32,000 nt of DNA from Pseudomonas asuensis (GCF_014646755.1 NZ_BMNW01000006.1:27745-59744); one strand, 5' to 3'; shown: positions 10,406 to 18,490, counted from the stretch's first letter. Program-made: numbers and translations. Notes: generated by a model not told the origin, from the letters alone.

Positions 10406-10837
10406 TCAAACAGAAATGATCGCCTCAAAGCCCGGTATAGGGGCCTCAAGTGCAAGTGCGGCTTTGACCGGATCAAAATATTCACGAATGAACGCAATCT
10501 TTCCATTCTTCACGCGAACGAACAGCACATAGTCCTGACGATACGTCCTACCCGTTGCCGTGATAATGCCTTCCGCCCTTACTTCGGCGCTGGCCTCATC
10601 AGGGTTATTAGACGCATGGATTCTAAGATCATAAAAGCGAAACTCTTCCACGGCGCCCACAAACCAGCCTACATGATGCAGGACTGCCTCACGCCCCGCC
10701 AGTTGTGCCGGGTGACCCAAGGAAGGGGCAAAGGGAAGCTCCCATAAAAGATCATCCGCAATCAAGGTTTGCCATTGGGGTTGATTGGCTACAAACGTAT
10801 CAAAGTGCTGTTGAAGCAGTTCGGTTGCAGTGCGCAT
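10406..10837 (-). CDS. SnoaL-like / NTF2-fold protein
   Basis: 143 aa with a pattern typical of the ketosteroid-isomerase-like fold. Sits between wrbA and the LysR gene on the same strand. Confidence 0.6.
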   Translation of the reverse strand: MRTATELLQQHFDTFVANQPQWQTLIADDLLWELPFAPSLGHPAQLAGREAVLHHVGWFVGAVEEFRFYDLRIHASNNPDEASAEVRAEGIITATGRTYRQDYVLFVRVKNGKIAFIREYFDPVKAALALEAPIPGFEAIISV

Positions 10838-10880
10838 AGCGGTCTCCTGAGTTGTGGTGTGCAGGTAATAAGAGAAATTA

Positions 10881-11480
10881 TTAGCCGAACAACTTGATAG
10901 CTGTTTTTGCCGTCAGCTCGCCCTGGTGGCGTGCGCCTTCAAGTTCGGTTGCGCTAGGCAGGCGTGAGCCGTCCCCCGCTGTAATGGTGGTAGCCCCGTA
11001 AGGCGCACCGCCTACCACTTCCGTTACGCTCATCTGCCCTTGGTGGCTGTAAGGCAGCCCCACAATCGTCATGCCAAAGTGCAGTAAATTGGTGATGATC
11101 GAGAAAAGGGTCGTTTCCTGGCCGCCATGCTGTGTAGCAGAGGCCGTAAAGGCACCGCCCACTTTGCCATTTAATACACCGCGTGCCCATAAGCCGCCTG
11201 CCTGATCCAGAAACGCGGCCATCTGGCTGCTCATCCGGCCAAAGCGGGTTCCTGTGCCCACAATGATCGCATCGTAATGCTCAAGATCGGCAATGGTCGC
11301 TACCGGTGCTGTTTGGCCAAGCTTGAAATGGGCACTCCTGGCGATCTCTTCCGGTACCGTTTCAGGGACACGTTTGATATCTACGTCAGCCCCTGCCGCC
11401 CGCGCGCCTTCTGCTACAGCTTCAGCCATGGTCTCGATATGACCGTAAGAGGAGTAATACAGAACCAGAACCTTAGCCAT
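10881..11480 (-). CDS. wrbA: NAD(P)H:quinone oxidoreductase, flavodoxin-like WrbA
   Basis: [25 protein letters not shown]... is the canonical WrbA N-terminus, and the product is 199 aa. The ORF-track N-terminal extension to 11717 is rejected. Confidence 0.92.
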   Translation of the reverse strand: MAKVLVLYYSSYGHIETMAEAVAEGARAAGADVDIKRVPETVPEEIARSAHFKLGQTAPVATIADLEHYDAIIVGTGTRFGRMSSQMAAFLDQAGGLWARGVLNGKVGGAFTASATQHGGQETTLFSIITNLLHFGMTIVGLPYSHQGQMSVTEVVGGAPYGATTITAGDGSRLPSATELEGARHQGELTAKTAIKLFG

Positions 11481-11578
11481 GTGACGTCTCCTGAGTGGAA
11501 TAAGCGGCCAGTGCCGCAGTGGAGAAACTTTCGCATGGCTCAAGATTCGAAAATAGCCAGCTAATATCGACCGGTTCG

Positions 11579-11593
11579 TTCGATAAAATCGAA
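11579..11593. promoter_or_regulatory. palindromic operator candidate TTCGATAAAATCGAA (box 1)
   Basis: Perfect TTCGA-N5-TCGAA palindrome that contains T-N11-A, ~100 bp upstream of the wrbA start. One of three copies in this cluster. Confidence 0.5.
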
Positions 11594-11602
11594 CAGTAGC
11601 GA

Positions 11603-12508
11603 TCAAAGGTTTTGTGCGGCCTGTGCCTTGAAGCGATCTATCAACCATGTGGCAGCAGGGCCAGGCGGTGAATCTGTACGATAAATCACGGTAAAGTCGT
11701 ACGTGCCACCAGGGCAATCTGGCAAATCCAGTAATACCAGCCTTCTTTCGGCAATATCACTCTCTACCATGGGCTGCGGCATGTTTCCCCAGCCAATACC
11801 TTCCTTGAGTAGCATGTGTTTGGAACCAAGGTCAGCCAGACGCCAGGTGCGGGCGCTCATAACAGCGTATTCTTGCCCCTCGGTCAGTGTGGAGCGGTCC
11901 GTCAGGACCAGTTGCACATGCTCACGGGTAGCGCCAGGAGCGTTGGCGCTTGAGGCCAATGGATGGCTGGGTGCTGCAACGGGCACTAAGTCAACGCTGC
12001 CCACTGCAATCCGCTCCAGACCGTCAAGGTTAGTAATCAAAGGACCGCTGACACCCAACGCAGCGCCTCGATTCAGTACCCGTTGCGTGACAGCGCCTAA
12101 TGCTTCTATATGAAGGTGGAGGGAAACAGTGGGAAAGGTTTCTCGAAATGCCCTCAAGGCATCCACTACCCGCGCACTGGGCAGCATGACATCCAAGACC
12201 AGATGGATCTCGGCTTCAAGTCCTTGCAGGAGCCCCTTTACCTTGGCACGCAGTCCGTTGATGCCGCTATATACCATGCGCGCTTCGGCTAATACCGTTC
12301 GCCCAGCGTCTGTCAGCTGAGGTTTACGAGTAGTTTTGCGATCAAAAAGAGTTACGCCCAACTGCATCTCAAGGTTAGCAATGGTATAGCTGATAACAGA
12401 CGTAGCCCGGTGTAGCTTACGAGCAGCCCCGGCAAAACTACCCACCTCGACAACGGTAAGAAAGACACGCAACTGGTCCAGCGTAGGCGTACCGGGATCA
12501 GACATCAT
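11603..12508 (-). CDS. LysR-family transcriptional regulator, YhaJ-like by context
   Basis: LysR HTH ([38 protein letters not shown]). Divergent from a pirin gene, as in E. coli yhaJ-yhaK. 301 aa. Confidence 0.85.
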   Translation of the reverse strand: MMSDPGTPTLDQLRVFLTVVEVGSFAGAARKLHRATSVISYTIANLEMQLGVTLFDRKTTRKPQLTDAGRTVLAEARMVYSGINGLRAKVKGLLQGLEAEIHLVLDVMLPSARVVDALRAFRETFPTVSLHLHIEALGAVTQRVLNRGAALGVSGPLITNLDGLERIAVGSVDLVPVAAPSHPLASSANAPGATREHVQLVLTDRSTLTEGQEYAVMSARTWRLADLGSKHMLLKEGIGWGNMPQPMVESDIAERRLVLLDLPDCPGGTYDFTVIYRTDSPPGPAATWLIDRFKAQAAQNL

Positions 12509-12523
12509 TTCGAATTCCTCGAA
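12509..12523. promoter_or_regulatory. palindromic operator candidate TTCGAATTCCTCGAA (box 2)
   Basis: Perfect TTCGA-N5-TCGAA in the LysR/pirin divergent intergenic region, abutting the LysR start codon. Confidence 0.5.
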
Positions 12524-12653
12524 CGTTTTAATGCATATTATCTGGATTTTGCTGAACGCCCATCTGTTTTAGTCTGGCCTGGTAGTCACTTCCGAGTGAA
12601 GTCTTTTGCCTGCAATCCGCCGATTGCACCTATGCCCTGCGAGGCCTGCAACC

Positions 12654-13574
12654 ATGACGTTATCTAATTCCGCATCCGCTATTGAGCATCTCATCCTGCC
12701 AGCCGTAAGAGACTTGGGTGATGGCTTTAAAGTACGCCGCGCTTTACCTTCTGCACAGCGACGTACCGTGGGCCCCTTCATTTTTCTGGACAGCTTTGGG
12801 CCAACCGTTTTCAAGGCAGGCGAGGGGCTTGATACACGGCCCCATCCGCATATTGGTTTGTCGACCATGACTTATCTGTTGGAGGGTGAGATGTTGCATC
12901 GCGACAGCGAGCACTATGTCCAGACCATACGGCCGGGCGAAATCAACCTGATGACGGCGGGTAAAGGAATTGTTCACTCCGAGCGCAGCACCGAGTCAGC
13001 CCGGCAAGCAGGTGGTACGGTATTTGGCTTTCAGTCATGGCTAGCGTTACCGGTTGCCCATGAAGAAGCTGACCCAGGCTTTCAACATGTCAGCTCAGGA
13101 GAGATTCCTGTAATAGAGGACGAAGGCGTTACCGTCAGGGTACTAGCTGGCACCCTGCATGATAAGCAGGCACCTACACGCACGTTTTCTGATCTGTTCT
13201 ATGCCGACGTGGTACTCGAAGCCGGAGCGCGCTATCGCATCCATAAAGAGCATGTTGAAAGGGCCATCTACGTCGTAAGCGGTGAGGTTACAGTGAGTGG
13301 GCAGGATGGCCGCTTCGGCCGGGACCAGCTGGTTGTCTTCAAACCAGAAACCGAGATTGTACTAAGTGCAACTGGAATGACTCGGTTAATCTTGCTGGGA
13401 GGAGAGCCGCTTCCTGAAAAGAGACATATCTTCTGGAATTTTGTATCGAGCCGCCGTGAGCGCATCGAGCAGGCTGCCGAAGACTGGCGTTTACAGCGTT
13501 TTCCAGGCGTACCTGGAGAGCATGAGTTCATCCCGTTACCGGAAACACGAATCCGTTTAAAAGCTACTGTGTAA
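12654..13574 (+). CDS. pirin-family protein
   Basis: Pirin cupin motifs (RPHPHIGLSTMTYLLEGEMLHRDSE...NLMTAGKGIVHSERS). I prefer the ATG at 12654 over the ORF-track TTG at 12606. Confidence 0.9.
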   Translation: MTLSNSASAIEHLILPAVRDLGDGFKVRRALPSAQRRTVGPFIFLDSFGPTVFKAGEGLDTRPHPHIGLSTMTYLLEGEMLHRDSEHYVQTIRPGEINLMTAGKGIVHSERSTESARQAGGTVFGFQSWLALPVAHEEADPGFQHVSSGEIPVIEDEGVTVRVLAGTLHDKQAPTRTFSDLFYADVVLEAGARYRIHKEHVERAIYVVSGEVTVSGQDGRFGRDQLVVFKPETEIVLSATGMTRLILLGGEPLPEKRHIFWNFVSSRRERIEQAAEDWRLQRFPGVPGEHEFIPLPETRIRLKATV

Positions 13575-13593
13575 ACATCATCGCGTTATCCTG

Positions 13594-13635
13594 ATGCCCG
13601 CCCGGATGCTATTCGGAGCGGGCATTGTCTTTTCT
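13594..13635 (+). terminator. rho-independent terminator after the pirin gene
   Basis: ATGCCCGC ... GCGGGCAT stem followed by TGTCTTTTCT. Confidence 0.6.
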
Positions 13636-13667
13636 GCGCCTACCCAGAGACTACTAGCCGCCGCTAT

Positions 13668-13698
13668 CTCCTGAGCTTCACACCTTGAAGCTCAGGAG
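13668..13698. repeat. 13-bp perfect inverted repeat (hairpin)
   Basis: CTCCTGAGCTTCA-CACCT-TGAAGCTCAGGAG in the pirin/doxX intergenic region. No T-tract. Function unknown. Confidence 0.5.
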
Positions 13699-13718
13699 AG
13701 TTAAGTCTATAGATTATG

Positions 13719-13733
13719 TTCGATTAAATCGAA
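13719..13733. promoter_or_regulatory. palindromic operator candidate TTCGATTAAATCGAA (box 3)
   Basis: Perfect TTCGA-N5-TCGAA ~105 bp upstream of the doxX start. Confidence 0.5.
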
Positions 13734-13836
13734 TCTAATGGTCTAAATTAATCGGCTATTGCGAATAGCAAACCACAGGCAGACTTCTCCCCATCGAGAC
13801 ACATCATGGTGATGCGTCCTAAATGAGGATCTACTC

Positions 13837-14274
13837 ATGTCACAGTCAGCCAACCTTGTTCAAACTACTTCCCATACATCCGTTTCCAACGCTTCAGCAG
13901 CTACAACTGCATTGCTGGGCCGGATACTGATCAGTGCAATCTTCATTCTTTCAGGCATCTCCAAAATTACTGCGCCCGCCATGATCATGGGTTATATCGA
14001 GTCGGTCGGTTTGCCGTTTCCTGCCGCCGCCCTAGGGGTTGCCGTGTTGGTTGAAGTGGTAGGTGGTATTGCGTTGGTCCTCGGCTATCAAACACGAGCA
14101 GTGGCTGCGTTCCTGGCCTTGTTTAGCGTAGTGACCGCACTGGCCTTTCATAGCAATCTGGCTGATCAAAATCAGTTCATTCATTTCTTCAAGAATATCG
14201 CCATGGCCGGTGGGCTTCTTCAAGTAGTGGTTCTTGGGGCTGGCCAGTACAGCCTGGACGCCCGTCGTAGCTGA
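13837..14274 (+). CDS. DoxX-family membrane protein
   Basis: 145 aa with four hydrophobic segments. LLGRILISAIFILSGISKI is typical of the DoxX family. Confidence 0.85.
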   Translation: MSQSANLVQTTSHTSVSNASAATTALLGRILISAIFILSGISKITAPAMIMGYIESVGLPFPAAALGVAVLVEVVGGIALVLGYQTRAVAAFLALFSVVTALAFHSNLADQNQFIHFFKNIAMAGGLLQVVVLGAGQYSLDARRS

Positions 14275-14333
14275 TAGAGATACCAGGCTAGCGGCCTGGC
14301 ATAACTTGCAAACCCTTCACTAGAGAAATCATC

Positions 14334-15257
14334 ATGAAAGCCATACGTGCACAGCAATACGGGAACCCCGAGGTACTCCGCCTTGAAGAAGTAGCTGATC
14401 TGACGCCGGGTAAAGGACAAGTGTTGATTCAGGTAGCTGGTAGTGGAATAAATCCAATCGACTGGAAAGTCCTCTCCGGGGCCATGAAGCGGTTTATCCC
14501 CTTACCGTTACCCTATACGCCAGGGGTTGAAGTCGCAGGAACAGTTATCGCATTAGGTGAGGGCGTAGACATATTCAGCCTGGGCGACGAGGTTTTTGGC
14601 TTCATCGGTATTACAGGTGGGTACGCCACCCAGGCAGTAGCGGATGCCGACAGGCTGGTCTTAAAGCCCAACAGCCTTTCATTGCTAGAGGCAAGCGGTG
14701 TGCCGGCGGCAGCCTTGACGGCTTGGCAAGCCTTGCATGAGCATGCTGCCATTCAGACAGGCCAACGTGTCCTGATCCAGGGAGCGGCGGGCGGGGTTGG
14801 CAGCATGGCCGTACAGTTGGCTCGTATAGCTGGCGCTGAAGTCATCGCGACGGCATCTGCCCATAATCATGATTACCTACATGCACTAGGCGCTACACAA
14901 CTCATTGATTACCGCCATGAAGCATTTGAGAAAGTTGTTTCGGATGTAGATATCGTAATCGACCTTGTAGGCGGCGAAACTCAAGCCCGCTCCTGGTCAG
15001 TGTTAAAAAAGGGCGGTGTGCTGGTGTCACCCGTCAGCGCGCCGAGTGAAGAAGCTGCTCGTAGCATAGGAGCAACAGGCAAACGCTTCGCTACCCGTTC
15101 AGACGGGAAGCAACTAGCACAGATTGCCGACTTATTTAACCGGGGAGCACTTAACGTGGAAGTAGAAACCATACCCTTGTCCAGGGCAGCTGATGCGCTA
15201 CAGAGAAGCCTAGCAGGCCATACGCGGGGCAAAATTGTGCTGGATGCTCGGGAATAG
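14334..15257 (+). CDS. NADPH:quinone oxidoreductase-like MDR (zinc-independent)
   Basis: MKAIRAQQYGNPEVLRLEEV...GINPIDWK, and an AAGGVG Rossmann motif. 307 aa. Confidence 0.88.
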   Translation: MKAIRAQQYGNPEVLRLEEVADLTPGKGQVLIQVAGSGINPIDWKVLSGAMKRFIPLPLPYTPGVEVAGTVIALGEGVDIFSLGDEVFGFIGITGGYATQAVADADRLVLKPNSLSLLEASGVPAAALTAWQALHEHAAIQTGQRVLIQGAAGGVGSMAVQLARIAGAEVIATASAHNHDYLHALGATQLIDYRHEAFEKVVSDVDIVIDLVGGETQARSWSVLKKGGVLVSPVSAPSEEAARSIGATGKRFATRSDGKQLAQIADLFNRGALNVEVETIPLSRAADALQRSLAGHTRGKIVLDARE

Positions 15258-15291
15258 CAAGATTCCAAATGTTAAACTGATGAATACTTAA

Positions 15292-15323
15292 TGGCCGGTT
15301 CTCTAAAACCGGTCATTTGGTTT
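15292..15323 (+). terminator. rho-independent terminator after the oxidoreductase gene
   Basis: TGGCCGGTT-CTCTAA-AACCGGTCA (9-bp stem with one G.U pair) followed by TTTGGTTTG. It marks the left edge of the AT-rich island. Confidence 0.6.
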
Positions 15324-15385
15324 GACCAATTTTTGAAAGATATTATTTTTCCCATATCTCTAATGCTGAAGTTTATAAATAAAGA

Positions 15386-16021
15386 TTAAGATGGAGATAT
15401 AAAAAATACCCCTTTGAGAGTGGTTGGTGACTGTCTTTTAGGAATTAGTAGGTAAGCATTTGCGTCGGTAAGATAGAATATATCTTTATAAGGGATTGGA
15501 AAGTCAGAGGAGTAAATTTGTAGCGCAACATTGTAATTTTTGGCAATGTATTTTTCTAGGGAAATTTGTTTTGGGGTTTCGCTTGTTATCATGGAGCAAA
15601 CTACAAAATCATCCACCTCAAAATGCTCGTCAACAATTTTGGCGTATGTCTCAGGTATAGTATATGTCTCCGATTTTATAAGTTCTGCTTCTAGGTCTTC
15701 GCTATGTATAACTTGAGTGTATCCATTACTAATAAATTGTAAATCCTCAATGCTGCCAGAGGTACTTATCAAGTCTAGAAAGTATTCGCCCGGGTGATAG
15801 GTCGAGAAAATATAGATTATTCCATTGTTTGGAATAGTGTCCGGTAAGAAATAAAGTTTAGCTAGAGAGCAGTTTATACTCATAACCAATGTAAGCGGTA
15901 AGTGGTCAGGATTTTTTGGCCAAGCCTCTACTTTCGCTTGGCTACCACCAAGCGTGATACCACAATGTTTATTTAAGTCCGAGGTTGGGACAATTCTCTT
16001 TACTGTCTTGATTTTACTCAT
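15386..16021 (-). CDS. hypothetical protein, DUF1963 (YwqG)-like pattern; last gene of the T6SS island
   Basis: 211-aa ORF in strongly AT-rich DNA. The segment GITLGGSQAKVEAWPKNPDHLPLTLVMSINCS...LPDTIPNNGIIYIFS resembles the GG..P...WP...PL.F..QI....lP..G.l.fF signature of DUF1963. This is by eye and not HMM-verified. Confidence 0.6.
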   Translation of the reverse strand: MSKIKTVKRIVPTSDLNKHCGITLGGSQAKVEAWPKNPDHLPLTLVMSINCSLAKLYFLPDTIPNNGIIYIFSTYHPGEYFLDLISTSGSIEDLQFISNGYTQVIHSEDLEAELIKSETYTIPETYAKIVDEHFEVDDFVVCSMITSETPKQISLEKYIAKNYNVALQIYSSDFPIPYKDIFYLTDANAYLLIPKRQSPTTLKGVFFISPS

Positions 16022-16104
16022 TTGCAGTCTATAAGTATTTTATAAAAAACGAAGGCTTAACTATTTAATTATATATTTTCTAGTTGTAAATTTATCATTT
16101 TGGA

Positions 16105-16476
16105 CTATAAGTCAAATAGAGGGTGCGTCGGAAAAATGCCTGCCATGTAGCTAGCCCATAATCTTTCAATAAAATGATTTTCGATTTTATTAAGGGCTGC
16201 TTCAGAGATTAGACCAATATCATCAGATGCATACCCTGCTAGCTCTGAGTTTTGAGTTAATTTAAAAGTATTTTTAAATGCTATTTCTCTAAGTGATAAA
16301 ACTTCGACATTTTCATCTAGATTTATTGTTCTTATTTCTTTAAATGCCGAGGACCAGGCGGAGTCAAAGTCTTCATGGTCTCTGGCATCTAATGCAGTAT
16401 TCCAGTCTCTATCTACAAAAATCGATTCGTAAAAGCTATCTGCTTCGATTTTTTCTTTAATGTCTAAAAAATTCAT
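16105..16476 (-). CDS. hypothetical acidic protein, candidate immunity protein of the decayed orphan-1 toxin
   Basis: 123-aa AT-rich ORF. AAGGAGG lies 9 nt upstream of the ATG, and that SD sits inside the last codons of the toxin remnant (...VENWLRRQG*). I recognise no family. Confidence 0.6.
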   Translation of the reverse strand: MNFLDIKEKIEADSFYESIFVDRDWNTALDARDHEDFDSAWSSAFKEIRTINLDENVEVLSLREIAFKNTFKLTQNSELAGYASDDIGLISEAALNKIENHFIERLWASYMAGIFPTHPLFDL

Positions 16477-16530
16477 CTCAACCCTGCCTCCTTAGCCAAT
16501 TTTCTACAAGGTTAACTGCTTGTACAGGCG

Positions 16531-17065
16531 TTACATTTTTACTAAGAATATGAGTCCCGTTGCATAAGCGTACATATACTTTAATGTCATTAAGCGATCA
16601 TAAGCCTCAAAAAGCTCGTAAATCGTCCCGCCAGTGGATCGTAATAACGAACGTATTGTAATGCAGGCCCGTTTCGGCGTCGTAGTACTGTCCTTGAAAA
16701 CGTAGGTTCCGCTCGATCTCTCTGGGAGCCAGCGCTTCCAACGCACCCTATGCCTTGTAGTAAGCGCGCCATACCATGTGGCCGGCATCGTCCGTAAACT
16801 CAAGCGGCGTATCAATCTGGTTGGTGTGAAAGCAGTAGTGCTTAGACTTTTGATCAGGCTGGCTTGGCTCAGTGATTCATGGCCGCGGTAGGTTTCGGCT
16901 TTAACCAGGCGGTTTTCGCAGTCGTAGGTAAAACGCTGATAACCATTAGGATTGTGCCGCTCGCTGACGTTACCCCAAGCGTCGTAGGTGAGGCGCAGGT
17001 CTTTCCAGGCCTTGAGGCGGTTGTCTGGGCTCAAGGCTTGGGAGGCGCTCAGGTTGCCGGCAGGG
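16531..17065 (-). pseudogene. orphan Rhs C-terminal fragment 1 (decayed)
   Basis: It starts with ...[62 protein letters not shown], identical to the main Rhs. Relative to the main gene it has a 190-bp deletion at an AGCCAGC microhomology (~16858-16864). It also has TAG (16748-16750) in place of the Trp of YYKTWG, and a 1-nt deletion in the NTFRYYDP codons (~16650). The sequence after DPLAGRFT stops within 9 codons. The 167-aa ORF in the track is a chimeric reading across these lesions. Confidence 0.85.
16886..17065 (-). repeat. 180-bp direct repeat, copy in orphan 1, identical to 20252-20431
   Basis: Base-by-base comparison shows no mismatch over 180 bp. Four mismatches occur in the 35 bp immediately downstream in gene sense (16851-16885). 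Similarity ends abruptly at 17066. Confidence 0.9.
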
Positions 17066-17179
17066 ATACTCCTCTGATAAAGGTCTGTACCATAAAACCT
17101 TTCTCCCTGGGACCAAACAACTAGTAGCCGATTTTAAAAAATATTAATTGCATAATAAAGTTAATCAAATGCACAGTTT

Positions 17180-17752
17180 TCAGTTTTCATGAATCAGGTT
17201 AAAATTAAAGCTTTCAATAGTTGTCTCACTAGATAATTGTGGTAACTCATAAGACTCTATGAGTTCAATTTTGTATATGTAAGTATTTTCTTTTTTTGAA
17301 TCTGAGCGAACCCCTCTAATATTTGCCGAATAGATGCCTGGCTTGACATCAAGATAGTCATTATTTTCTAGCTTAGAATGATAATTAGCTCTGTAATGTA
17401 AGAAGAAATTCGGTTCCCAATCAAATAAAGCGTTAAGGTCTGCCGTTATTAGTAAGCCTGATTTTACTGTTAGTGGAAATCCTGAATAAAAGAAATCTTC
17501 TATAAGGTCAGGTTGGTTTTTTCCGCTATCAATATGAATGTAATAGTCATGCTCTACTATTGGATATAGAGATAATATTACGCCTTTTTTTATGGACTCT
17601 TGGCCTATATCTTCGTTGTTTATGAAGTGCTCAAATATATTGTTTCCTATATAATTTTTTTCTATGAGAAAAGCGTTCAAGACCAATGGGTCAAAGATCA
17701 CTATGCCCGGAGAATGTAGATTTATATGAGATTTATTTTTAAATTTATCCAT
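17180..17752 (-). CDS. hypothetical protein, candidate immunity protein of the orphan-2 toxin
   Basis: 190-aa AT-rich ORF. Its ATG overlaps the last codons of the toxin remnant (ACTGGAGGTTGTAATGGATAA), and GGAGG serves as the SD. I recognise no family. Confidence 0.6.
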   Translation of the reverse strand: MDKFKNKSHINLHSPGIVIFDPLVLNAFLIEKNYIGNNIFEHFINNEDIGQESIKKGVILSLYPIVEHDYYIHIDSGKNQPDLIEDFFYSGFPLTVKSGLLITADLNALFDWEPNFFLHYRANYHSKLENNDYLDVKPGIYSANIRGVRSDSKKENTYIYKIELIESYELPQLSSETTIESFNFNLIHEN

Positions 17753-18490
17753 TACAACCTCCAGTAATTTTGCTTTTCCATTTTAGTGATTTATGTAAGG
17801 CTTCCCGTATTGTAATATTTTCCCCTATGACTTCTCCAGTTTTAGGAGTTTTTAATGTTCCTTTAGCTGTAAAGCTTTCGTAAGCAACATCAATTTTTTA
17901 ATCAATTCCTCCGTGCTACCATCAAACTTTCTGTTAAATGGAACACCCATTTTACTAAGAGATTTATGAAATTATTCGTGAAGTTTGTCAGAGCCCGCTA
18001 TGGCATTAGGGAACCATGAGGGTGAGTTTAGTTTAGTACCCAATTGAGGATACCCGTGAGAATTGGCATGTGCTCTGGGAAACGGATGGTGGCCCATTCC
18101 GTCAGACTTCAATGGCTTCCAGAAAGGCATCCAGCCCCATGGGTCAGCCCAGCTAATAGCATTAGAGGCATATTGGTAGAGATTTATACTACCTAATAAA
18201 CCAATCGGGTCCTGCGTCGTAAACCGTCCTATCAGCGGATCGTAATAACGAAACGTATTGTAATGCAGGCCCGTTTCAGCGCCGTAGTACTGCCCCTGAA
18301 ACCGCGAGTTCTGCTCAATCTCTCTCGGGACCAGGGCTTCCAGCGCGCCCCATGTTTTGTAATAGGCACGCCATACCATATGGCCGGTATCGTCCGTGAC
18401 CTCAAGCGGGGTACCGATCTGGTCGGTATGAAAGTAATAGCGCTTGGGCTCATCTGGCGATTTGGCTTTGTATCTACACGAGTGAGCCAT
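17745..18490 (-). pseudogene. orphan Rhs C-terminal fragment 2 with an interrupted HNH/EndoVII-like toxin tip
   Basis: 17972-18490 encodes ...[19 protein letters not shown]...[40 protein letters not shown]. By eye this is ~90% nt identity to 19765-20033 of the main gene. It continues GMGHHPFPRAHANSHG...AGSDKLHE and hits TAA at 17972-17974. The same frame continues FHKSLSKMG... for 39 codons. A third frame then ends ...IREALHKSLKWKSKITGGCNG* at 17745, which resembles the main toxin end ...YREALEKL...NSIRTGGC*. Confidence 0.75.

Noticed and set aside
10881-11717. Long N-terminal extensions in the ORF track: wrbA to 11717, vgrG to 26112, rhs to 23565, mdcD to 3858, mdcB to 5010, pirin from 12606 and adh from 26389.
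   Set aside because: In each case an internal ATG with a good SD reproduces the canonical family N-terminus. The extension either overlaps the upstream gene or reads through intergenic sequence.
16531-17034. 167-aa ORF, and the 60-aa ORF at 16590-16772, read as real genes.
   Set aside because: They are alternative frames of one frameshifted, deleted and nonsense-containing Rhs remnant. The first 59 residues are Rhs sequence and the rest is out-of-frame translation.
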